Shown here piece by piece: positions 27,301 through 35,676 of a DNA stretch of 64,000 nt. The DNA is taken from positions 3,392,001-3,456,000 of the forward strand of contig OZ254086.1 of assembly GCA_965267575.1 (NCBI GenBank). Reading direction: 5' to 3'. Origin of the DNA: Calditrichales bacterium (GTDB lineage: Bacteria; Calditrichota; Calditrichia; Calditrichales; J004). Within the stretch, counting starts at the first letter, position 1; every line of letters begins with the position of its first letter. The notes below the pieces were generated by a model. The model did not search any database and was not told the origin of the DNA. It was given only the letters and a program-made list of their open reading frames with translations. The position numbers were made by a program, and so were the translations under genes.

Positions 27301-29091
27301 ATGCGCTTCTTTATTCTGCTTTTTTTTACCGTTTCCTTTCTCAATGCCTCGGAAAACCAGGTTGCTGTTTCTTCCTCACGATCTGTTTTAAGCCTGAACG
27401 GTGCCTGGAATATTATTATCGATCCCTACGAGAACGGTTATTACAGCTATCGCTACACTCCACGCCAGGACGGCTTTTTCCAGGATAAAAAACAATCCCA
27501 TAAAAGCGAACTGATCGAATATAATTTTGATACGTCTCCTACGCTGCAGGTACCAGGTGATTGGAACAGTCAACGGGATGAACTTTTTTTATACGAAGGC
27601 TGCGTTTGGTACAGAAAAAAAATTGAACTGCAGGCCATTAAAAGCAAACGCTATTTTATCCGTTTTGGCGCGGTAAATTACCATGCCAGAGTCTATCTCA
27701 ACGGCCGTGAACTGGGTACGCATACCGGCGGTTTCACTCCCTTCCAATTCGAAATAACCGATCATCTGACGGACGACGGCGAGAATTCCCTTGTTGTGCA
27801 GGTTGACAACAAGCGTGAAGCTCGTGGTGTGCCGACCCTGAATACCGATTGGTGGAACTATGGCGGCATCACCCGCCCGGTGGATATTCTGGAAACTCCA
27901 CAAACGTTTATCCGCGACTATTTTGTTCAACTTGCTCCACGCAACCCGGACAGCATAGAAGGGCGGGTAGAGCTTGACGGTGTTGCCGGAAATCAAAAGC
28001 TGAGTCTGAACATTCCGGATGCAGCCATCAGCGTTCAGGGCGTTACGGATGAAAACGGTGTGTGGCAGTTTTCGGTGCACGCCTCAGGCCTGCGGCTTTG
28101 GAGTCCGCAACGGCCTTACGTTTATGATGTGCGGATCTCAACCGATAGCGACACCGTGCACGATGCCATCGGTTTTCGAACAATCAGCGTTAGCGGAGAT
28201 CGTATTTTGCTGAACGAGGAGCCGGTCTTTTTGCGCGGCATTTCAATCCACGAGGAAGCGCCTTTGCGTGGCGGCCGGGCGTGGACGCAAAGCGACGCGG
28301 CTATTTTAATGCAATGGGCGCAGGACATGGGCTGCAATTTTGTTCGTCTGGCCCATTACCCGCACAATGAAGCCATGATACATGAAGCAGAACGCCGCGG
28401 GCTGATGGTTTGGGCCGAAATACCAGTGTACTGGACTATCCAATGGGACAATCCGCAAACATACGCATTAGCACGGCAGCAACTGCGTGAAATGATTGAG
28501 CGTGACAAAAACAGGGCGGCGGTTATAATTTGGTCCGTTGCCAACGAAACACCGCGGACAGAGCAGCGGCTGGATTTTCTGGGCAGGCTTATTGCCGAGG
28601 CCAGAAGGCTTGATCCGTCGCGACTGATTTCTGCTGCCACCGAGCTTACCTACAAGGGCCGGGAGATCCACCTGGATGATCCGCTGTGCGAGATGCTGGA
28701 TGTGATCGGTGCCAATGAATACCTGGGCTGGTACGGTGGCAGTCCCAATGATATACCTCTCCATAGCTGGCATAGCGCGTTTAACAAACCGCTGATTATC
28801 AGTGAATTTGGCGCGGGCGCGCTTAAGGGTTTTCGCGCCGATGCGGAAACGCGCTGGAGCGAGGAGTACCAGGCACGGGTTTATGAAAAGCAGCTTGAAA
28901 TGTTGAAAGCCGTGCCCTTTTTGCAGGGTATGAGCCCGTGGATTCTGATGGGTTTCCGCTCGCCGCGCCGGCAGCTCCCCGGTATTCAGGATTTCTGGAA
29001 CCGCAAGGGTCTTTTAAACGAGCTTGGGCAGCGCAAGCAGGCTTTCGATGTTTTGCGCTCTTTTTACCTTCAAAAAGCTAATCAAAATTAG
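27301..29091 (+). CDS. Glycoside hydrolase family 2, beta-glucuronidase-like, secreted
   Basis: Signal peptide; LNGAW, VPGDWN, HTGGFTPF, DWWNYGGI, RLAHYPH, WSVANE (acid/base), ISEFGA (nucleophile), NRKG (N-x-K motif). Confidence 0.9.
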   Translation: MRFFILLFFTVSFLNASENQVAVSSSRSVLSLNGAWNIIIDPYENGYYSYRYTPRQDGFFQDKKQSHKSELIEYNFDTSPTLQVPGDWNSQRDELFLYEGCVWYRKKIELQAIKSKRYFIRFGAVNYHARVYLNGRELGTHTGGFTPFQFEITDHLTDDGENSLVVQVDNKREARGVPTLNTDWWNYGGITRPVDILETPQTFIRDYFVQLAPRNPDSIEGRVELDGVAGNQKLSLNIPDAAISVQGVTDENGVWQFSVHASGLRLWSPQRPYVYDVRISTDSDTVHDAIGFRTISVSGDRILLNEEPVFLRGISIHEEAPLRGGRAWTQSDAAILMQWAQDMGCNFVRLAHYPHNEAMIHEAERRGLMVWAEIPVYWTIQWDNPQTYALARQQLREMIERDKNRAAVIIWSVANETPRTEQRLDFLGRLIAEARRLDPSRLISAATELTYKGREIHLDDPLCEMLDVIGANEYLGWYGGSPNDIPLHSWHSAFNKPLIISEFGAGALKGFRADAETRWSEEYQARVYEKQLEMLKAVPFLQGMSPWILMGFRSPRRQLPGIQDFWNRKGLLNELGQRKQAFDVLRSFYLQKANQN

Positions 29092-29190
29092 GCGTGCTCC
29101 CGCAATGTATGGACATTTGTAAACTTTATTTTTTAAATTGCGTAATGCCTTTGATGACCAAAAACTCACTTTAAAAACTGGAGGTTTCTT

Positions 29191-32049
29191 ATGAAGCACA
29201 TAACGCGTTATATACTGGCGTTTTGTCTTTTTATAATTCCGCTTTCACTAACGGCGGGTGAGGAGGAAGGCAAGATTTTCCCCTACAAATACGAGATGAA
29301 AGACCTGAAAAACGGTCTGCGCGTTATCGTTATCCCCACGGATTATCCCAATATCGTTTCCCTGCAGATTCCGGTAATGACCGGTTCGCGCAATGAAATC
29401 GAGCCCGGCAAGTCCGGCTTTGCCCACTTTTTTGAGCACATGATGTTCCGCGGTACGGAAAAATATCCCAACGAAAAGTATGGCGCTATCCTCAAAAACG
29501 CCGGCGCCGACCAGAACGCCTGGACCAGCGACGATATGACCAACTATCATATTACCTTTTCCAAGGAAGACCTGGAAACGGTTCTGATGCTGGAAGCCGA
29601 CCGCTTTCAAAACCTGAAATATTCGGTTGAAGACTTTAAAACCGAATCGCGCGCGGTGCTGGGCGAATACAATAAAAACTACAGCAACCCTATCCGCAAG
29701 CTGATTGAAGAACAGCGCAACCTGGCCTTTGAGCAGCACACCTACAAGCATACCACGATGGGCTTTATCGAAGATATCGAAGACATGCCCAACCAGTTTG
29801 ATTACAGTCTGACCTTCTTTGACCGCTTTTACCGTCCGGAATATACAACGATTATCGTTGCCGGCGATGTGGAAGCAAAGAATGTCTTCAACATTGTTGA
29901 AAAATACTGGGGCGACTGGAAGCGCGGCAGTTATAAAGCAGATATCCCTAAAGAAAAAGTGGGCGATGGACCTGAATTCACCAACGTGGAGTGGGATACC
30001 CCGACCTTGCCGTGGGTGGCCGTCGCTTTTCACGGGCCGGCCTTCAGCGAGACTAAAATTGATATGGCGGCCATGGACATTATTTCCAACTATGCTTTTT
30101 CTTCCAGCTCTGATCTGTACCAGAAGCTTGTGGTAAAAGAGCAGAAGGTGGACCAGCTTTGGCCCTATTTCCCGGACAGAACCGACCCTTACCTCGTATC
30201 GGTATTTGCCCGTGTTAAAGACGTAAACGATATCTGGTATGTGCGCGACCAGATTTTACAAACCTTTGCCGATCTGCGTCTAAAAAACGTTTCCGCACAG
30301 CGCCTGGCGGATATTAAAGGCAACATGAAATACGGTTTTGCCCAAAGCATGAACAACAGCGAAGCAATCGCCGAAGCGCTTGTGGGTTACGTTGCACGCA
30401 CACGCGACCCGGAAACGATCAATCGTGTGTACCGCCTTTATGATAAAGTGGGCGCCGCGGACGTGAAGAAAGTGGCCAACACCTATTTCACCGATGCTAA
30501 CCTTGTGACGACCACGCTGGCGCATGGTGAATTGCCGCAGGCAGAAAACAAAGCCGGTTCGATTGATAAAATGGTTAATCAAGGGCAGGTGGCGCCCCCG
30601 GAGCTGGCTACCGTCCTGATGCAAAACGAATCCCCGGTAATTGACTTCCGCATTCTGTTTAACGCAGGCGCGGCAAATGATCCGGAAGGTAAGGCCGGCC
30701 TGGCCAACCTGACCGCTGCAATGATCAGCGATGCCGGCAGCCAGGAAATGAAGTATGCCGAAATCCAAAAAGCGCTCTATCCCATCTCCGGATGGTTTGG
30801 CAGCCAGGTGGACAAGGAAATGACCGTGTTTACCGGAACCACCCATAAAGACAATCTGAACCGCTATTATGAGATTGTTTCCGGCATGCTGTTGCAGCCG
30901 GGCTGGGACGAGGAAGATTTCAGCCGTGTGAAAACAAACGTGCTGAATGCCATCCGTGAAGGTCTGCGCAACAATAACGATGAGGAACTTGGCAAGGAAG
31001 TGCTTTACGAAATGATCTATGAAGATCATCCTTACGGCCATCTCAATATGGGCCATCTTGCATCGGTGGAGGCGTTGACGCTGGAAGACGTAAAGGCCTT
31101 TTACAAGGAACATTACAATCGCGCCAACCTGGTGCTTGGCATGGCCGGTGATTTTAGCGATGCCTTTGTTGAGCGCGTGAAACGCGATATGGCCGTATTG
31201 CCGGAAGGTACTGCGAGCACGATAGATATTGCCGCGGCACCCAAGCCCAACGGACTTGACGCCGTGATCGTTCAGAAAGAAACCCGTGGAACAGCGATAT
31301 CTTTTGGTTTCCCGATTCCCGTAAACCGCAGCCATGAGGATTTCGTGGCGCTGTGGCTGGTGCGCTCTTACTTTGGCGAGCACCGTTCCAGCAACAGTCA
31401 CCTGTATCAGCGCATCCGTGAGATCCGCGGCATGAACTATGGCGATTACGCCTACATTGAGTATTTCCCGCGTGGCATGTTCCAGTTCCATCCCGATCCA
31501 AACCTTGGCCGCCAGCAACAGATCTTCCAGGTCTGGATTCGCCCGGTGGTTCCGGAGAACGGGCACTTTGCCATCCGCACAGCCATGTATGAGCTGAACA
31601 AGCTGATAGAGCAGGGCATGACGCAGGAAGATTTTGAAGCCACGCGCAACTACCTGATGAAGTTTTCCAACATTCTGACAAAAACGCAGAGCCGTCAGCT
31701 TGGCTACGCGCTGGACAGCCGCTATTATAATATTCCGGATTTTAACAGCTACATCCAGAATGGCCTGCAGGATTTGACACTGGAAGACGTAAACCGGGTA
31801 ATTAAAAAATACCTGCAGGATGATAATGTGAAATTTGCCATTATCACCAAGGATGCCCAGGGCTTGAAAGAGGCGCTGGTCAGCAACGCGCCGTCACCGA
31901 TAACCTACGATGCACCCAAGCCGCAGGAGCTTTTGGATGAAGACAAGGTCATTGAAAACTATAAGCTGGATTTTAAAGCTGACAAGGTGAAAATCGTTGA
32001 TCTTGAAAATGTCTTTAACGACGGGACTTCTTCGCTTAGCAAAAAATAA
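29191..32049 (+). CDS. M16 family zinc peptidase (pitrilysin-like, fused two-half form), secreted
   Basis: Signal peptide; GSRNE..GFAHFFEHMMFRGT (HxxEH), NAWT; second half inactive-type with IREIRGMNY. Confidence 0.93.
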   Translation: MKHITRYILAFCLFIIPLSLTAGEEEGKIFPYKYEMKDLKNGLRVIVIPTDYPNIVSLQIPVMTGSRNEIEPGKSGFAHFFEHMMFRGTEKYPNEKYGAILKNAGADQNAWTSDDMTNYHITFSKEDLETVLMLEADRFQNLKYSVEDFKTESRAVLGEYNKNYSNPIRKLIEEQRNLAFEQHTYKHTTMGFIEDIEDMPNQFDYSLTFFDRFYRPEYTTIIVAGDVEAKNVFNIVEKYWGDWKRGSYKADIPKEKVGDGPEFTNVEWDTPTLPWVAVAFHGPAFSETKIDMAAMDIISNYAFSSSSDLYQKLVVKEQKVDQLWPYFPDRTDPYLVSVFARVKDVNDIWYVRDQILQTFADLRLKNVSAQRLADIKGNMKYGFAQSMNNSEAIAEALVGYVARTRDPETINRVYRLYDKVGAADVKKVANTYFTDANLVTTTLAHGELPQAENKAGSIDKMVNQGQVAPPELATVLMQNESPVIDFRILFNAGAANDPEGKAGLANLTAAMISDAGSQEMKYAEIQKALYPISGWFGSQVDKEMTVFTGTTHKDNLNRYYEIVSGMLLQPGWDEEDFSRVKTNVLNAIREGLRNNNDEELGKEVLYEMIYEDHPYGHLNMGHLASVEALTLEDVKAFYKEHYNRANLVLGMAGDFSDAFVERVKRDMAVLPEGTASTIDIAAAPKPNGLDAVIVQKETRGTAISFGFPIPVNRSHEDFVALWLVRSYFGEHRSSNSHLYQRIREIRGMNYGDYAYIEYFPRGMFQFHPDPNLGRQQQIFQVWIRPVVPENGHFAIRTAMYELNKLIEQGMTQEDFEATRNYLMKFSNILTKTQSRQLGYALDSRYYNIPDFNSYIQNGLQDLTLEDVNRVIKKYLQDDNVKFAIITKDAQGLKEALVSNAPSPITYDAPKPQELLDEDKVIENYKLDFKADKVKIVDLENVFNDGTSSLSKK

Positions 32050-32056
32050 CATAATG

Positions 32057-32082
32057 AGGCCGCCTTTTGGGCGGCCTTTTTT
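32057..32082 (+). terminator. Intrinsic terminator after the M16 peptidase
   Basis: AGGCCGCC-TTTTG-GGCGGCCT followed by TTTTT. Confidence 0.85.
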
Positions 32083-32133
32083 GTTTATACTAAAATCACG
32101 ATATTAGGCTATTCCCAAAAAGTGGAGGCTGCT

Positions 32134-32982
32134 ATGCTAAAAAGTATTCTTGTTCCCCTGGATCCATCCCCCTACAGCGCCAACGCCGTTAACGCAGCAT
32201 GCCGCCTGGCGAAATATCATAATGCTAAATTAACCGGTTTGGTGATTCTCGATATACCGGGCATTGAAAAGTCGGCCGGACCTGTTCCGCTGGGCGGGGC
32301 CTATTATGCCGAACGGATCGAAGAAAGGCACCGCAAGGAGGCCGAGAAACGCGTTCGTCAATTGCTCGATGATTTCAGCAAAAAATGCGAAGAAGCCGGA
32401 GTAGAACACGAAGAGGCGGAAAACCAGGGCAGTCCCAGCGAGCGTATCATAGAAGAATCCATGTATTATGACGCCATGGTTATCGGCCTGAAGACGTACT
32501 TTCATTTTGAAACAAGTGAAGAGGCCGGAAATACACTGGACAAAATTCTGGATGACGGCATCACGCCGATTTTTGGCGTCCCCAAAGATTTCATTATGCC
32601 CGATCCCGACAAAGACAAAGTAAAAGTATTGATTCCATTTAACGGCACACCACCGGCTGCGCGCTCGCTGCAACGCTTTGCGGCGGCTATGAATCCCGAT
32701 CTGGCGGTCGTCAAGCTTTTAATGTGTCATGATGACCGGAACTATGCTGGCTCTGTACTTGACCACGCTTCGCGCTATCTTGATGCACACGGTTTTAAGA
32801 ATGTAGAAACAGAAATAAGCGCCGTTGATGTTATTGACATCATTAAAGATAAATACATGGATTGGCCGGATGCCTATGTTGTGGGCACGCACTCAAAAAA
32901 AGGCTTTTTTGATTTCATGGTGGGCAGCATAACCAAGTTCCTCATCCGCAACAGCAAGAAGCCCGTGTTTATAGCGCAGTAA
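32134..32982 (+). CDS. Universal stress protein (tandem USP domains)
   Basis: KSILVPLDPSPYS, GSPSERII, second domain VVGTHS..GSITKFLI..PVFI; SD GGAGG before ATG 32134. Confidence 0.9.
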   Translation: MLKSILVPLDPSPYSANAVNAACRLAKYHNAKLTGLVILDIPGIEKSAGPVPLGGAYYAERIEERHRKEAEKRVRQLLDDFSKKCEEAGVEHEEAENQGSPSERIIEESMYYDAMVIGLKTYFHFETSEEAGNTLDKILDDGITPIFGVPKDFIMPDPDKDKVKVLIPFNGTPPAARSLQRFAAAMNPDLAVVKLLMCHDDRNYAGSVLDHASRYLDAHGFKNVETEISAVDVIDIIKDKYMDWPDAYVVGTHSKKGFFDFMVGSITKFLIRNSKKPVFIAQ

Positions 32983-33001
32983 GAACACAAATTTATTAAA
33001 C

Positions 33002-33041
33002 AGGCCCGCTGCAAGTTGGATTAATACTCAGCGGGTTTTTT
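33002..33041 (+). terminator. Probable terminator after USP
   Basis: CCCGCTG..(17-nt loop)..CAGCGGG followed by TTTTTT. Confidence 0.5.
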
Positions 33042-33042
33042 A

Positions 33043-33127
33043 TTTCGCGAAAGCTAAATTTGAAATATACATAAATTTTTGCTAAGCTAAATCAGTTTAT
33101 TCAGAGAAATTTCGCTAAAAGTTAAAG
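33043..33127. repeat. Three phased imperfect direct repeats upstream of the XRE/RamB-type regulator
   Basis: TTTCGCGAAAGCTAAA (33043), TTTTGCTAAGCTAAA (33077), TTTCGCTAAAAGTTAAA (33110); spacing 34 and 33 bp. Confidence 0.5.
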
Positions 33128-33128
33128 C

Positions 33129-34622
33129 ATGTCTCCACAAACACCTTCCAGTGCCGAGAATCTGCGCCTGATACTTGGGCTTAAGCTTAAAAAATACAGG
33201 CATGAGAAGGGTTTATCCCTTAAAGAGCTTTCCGAAAAAACCGGACTCTCCCTCTCCTACATCAGCGAAATCGAGTCGGGCAAAAAGTACCCCAAGCCGG
33301 AAAAAATGATTACCCTTGCCAAAGCGTTGGACATCTCTTTTGATGATCTCGTTTCGCAAAAAGTGGATGAAACGCTCGATCCGCTGGCCGAATTGATGGA
33401 AAGCGATCTTGTAAGGGAATTCCCGTTTGATTTATTTGGTATAGCCCCGCGTGATATTCTGCACCTTTTCAGCGATGAGCCCAAAAAGGCTGCATCTTTT
33501 CTGCATACATTTTTCGAAATAAGCCGTGCCTACGACATGAGCGTGGAGCATTTTCTGCTGGCCGCCCTGCGGACCTACCAAAAGCTGCACTATAACTACT
33601 TTGAAGAGATCGAAGATCAGGCCGCGGACTATCGCAAAAAACTGGGCCTTAAGGAGCGTGAAATCCCGGACATGCGCTTATTGCAATCGCTGCTGGAAAA
33701 AAATCACGGCTACAATGTGGATTATGAAGCGATCGCGCGCGAACCGGAGCTGAAAAGTTTCCGCAGCATCTGGATAGAGGGCAAAGAGCCACGGCTGTGC
33801 ATCAACCCGGAGTTGCTGGATTCGCAGAAAGCGTTTGTGCTGGGCCGCGATCTTGCCTATGAGCTGTTTAAGCTAAAACAGCGCGCCCAGACTTCATCGT
33901 GGATGAAGGTGGAGTCGTTTGAACAGCTGCTCAACAATTTCCGTGCTTCTTATTTTGCCGGGGCACTGCTGTTGCCGCGTCAGGCCCTGGTTAAAGACCT
34001 GGAGGCGTTTATCAGCCTGCCGCTCTTTGACAATAAAAGATTTCTGCAACTGATGGACGATTACAATGCCACGCCGGAAATGTTTTTATACCGGCTTAGC
34101 CAGCTGCTGCCTGGAGTGTTTGATCTTAAAGACCTGTTCTATCTGCGCTTTACCTACAACAAAGAGCACGATGAATTTGCCCTTTCCAAAGAACTGAATA
34201 TGACGCAAATGCTTGTGCCTTACGGCATTGGTTTAAATGAGCATTATTGCCGCCGCTGGCTGCCCGTAAAGCTTCTTCAGCAAATCATAAAGAACCCGGG
34301 CGATCGTCTTTGTGGCATTCAGCGCGTGCGTTTTGTTGATGAGGGGACCGAACTGGTAATGATCAGCATAGCCAGACCGTTGCAGCTTAGCCCCGGAAAG
34401 CATTCCGCCATGACAATCGGCTTTTTGCTTAACGAGAAAGCACGACGCCTGTTTGGTTTTCTTGAGGACCCCGATATCCCCTTCAGCGAAGTCGGCGAGA
34501 CCTGTGAAAGATGCCAGATCAGCAACTGCGAGGAACGTGTCGCCTTGCCGCGCATCCTGGAACAAAGGCAAAAACTTAAGCGTCAGGAACAAGCTTTGAA
34601 AGACTTTCTTAATAGCATCTGA
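33129..34622 (+). CDS. XRE-family regulator of the RamB/PrpR/ScfR (short-chain acyl-CoA regulator) type
   Basis: N-terminal HTH_3 (LSLKELSEKTGLSLSYISEIESGKKYP); NYFEEIE; ASYFAGALL (IrrE-like middle); HYCRRW and C-terminal CERC-x4-C-x2-R. Confidence 0.85.
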   Translation: MSPQTPSSAENLRLILGLKLKKYRHEKGLSLKELSEKTGLSLSYISEIESGKKYPKPEKMITLAKALDISFDDLVSQKVDETLDPLAELMESDLVREFPFDLFGIAPRDILHLFSDEPKKAASFLHTFFEISRAYDMSVEHFLLAALRTYQKLHYNYFEEIEDQAADYRKKLGLKEREIPDMRLLQSLLEKNHGYNVDYEAIAREPELKSFRSIWIEGKEPRLCINPELLDSQKAFVLGRDLAYELFKLKQRAQTSSWMKVESFEQLLNNFRASYFAGALLLPRQALVKDLEAFISLPLFDNKRFLQLMDDYNATPEMFLYRLSQLLPGVFDLKDLFYLRFTYNKEHDEFALSKELNMTQMLVPYGIGLNEHYCRRWLPVKLLQQIIKNPGDRLCGIQRVRFVDEGTELVMISIARPLQLSPGKHSAMTIGFLLNEKARRLFGFLEDPDIPFSEVGETCERCQISNCEERVALPRILEQRQKLKRQEQALKDFLNSI

Positions 34623-34719
34623 TTTTTGTTAAAGATATCCTATTCAAAATAGTCCTTTGCGTTTAACTTACCCTCCTTTTTGCCGAATCTGATAGCATTG
34701 TATAAAGGAAGAAAATCAG

Positions 34720-35676
34720 ATGCGGCGCAGCTCACGCCTTTTTTTGCTCACAATACTGATTCTGCTGACCAACTGCTCCCGGGAAAGACACCCTGAACTT
34801 AAGGTCGGCGTGCTATTATGGCCGCCTTATGAAGTCTTTTACCTGGCCGACTCGCTGGGCTATTATGATGATGCACATATTGACCTGGTCACCTTCAATT
34901 CGCCGGCGGAAGCGTTGCGCGGTTATCGAAACAATCTGCTGGATGCCGTTGCGCTTACGAATCAGTTTTTGCCCGCCTTGATAAACAGGGACACGAGTCA
35001 CAAGGTTGTAATGGTAATAGATCATAGTCATGGCGGCGACGCGCTGCTTGCAAAAAAGGAAATCGGAAATATTGGCGGGTTGCGGGGCAAAACGGTGATT
35101 GCGGAAGCCGGCCCTCTTGGCCTTTATATGCTGGCGAGAGCGTTGCATTTAAACGGCATGGACCTCGATGACATAAAGCTGAAAACCGTGGATATGGGTG
35201 CCCAGGCAGAGGTTTTTCAGGCTGATTCCATAGATGCCGTTGTAACATATGAACCCTATCGAACCATCTTGCTGCAACAGGGCGCGCGTGAGCTTTTTAA
35301 CAGCAGCCAGATTCCCTACGAGATAAGCGATGTTCTGATCACCACCACTGAGACAATCGGAAATAATAAAAAGAATTTGAATAGCCTGATTAGCGGGTTT
35401 TTTAAAGCCGCAAACTACCTTAATAAAAACCCGCAGGAAGCCGCTGCCATCATGAGCAAGCGCGAACATTTGACGGGGCAGCAAATGCTGAGTGCCTTGA
35501 GGGGCACCAAGATAGCCGATGTAGCTGAAAACAAACTGTTGTTCAAGAAACCGGACGGCGCCTTCTATGTTACATTGGACAGCATTTCACGAACGCTTGA
35601 GAAGATCGGGATGGCCGATACGGCTCCAGACTTTTCCGCGGTTGTTGATGCGCGCTTTATCGGGGAGCTTGACTGA
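34720..35676 (+). CDS. Lipoprotein solute-binding protein, SsuA/NMT1 (NitT/TauT)-like, with no cognate permease nearby
   Basis: Lipobox LTNC; WPPYE, DHSHGGDA, LRGKTV, DAVVTYEPY, EISDVL. Confidence 0.85.
   Translation: MRRSSRLFLLTILILLTNCSRERHPELKVGVLLWPPYEVFYLADSLGYYDDAHIDLVTFNSPAEALRGYRNNLLDAVALTNQFLPALINRDTSHKVVMVIDHSHGGDALLAKKEIGNIGGLRGKTVIAEAGPLGLYMLARALHLNGMDLDDIKLKTVDMGAQAEVFQADSIDAVVTYEPYRTILLQQGARELFNSSQIPYEISDVLITTTETIGNNKKNLNSLISGFFKAANYLNKNPQEAAAIMSKREHLTGQQMLSALRGTKIADVAENKLLFKKPDGAFYVTLDSISRTLEKIGMADTAPDFSAVVDARFIGELD

Noticed and set aside
30280..31566. 428-aa minus-strand ORF (and 29248-30033) opposite the M16 peptidase
   Set aside because: Antisense shadow of a codon-biased gene; no recognisable motif. 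The same applies to minus-strand ORFs over pruA, ALDH7, sucD and the large secreted protein.
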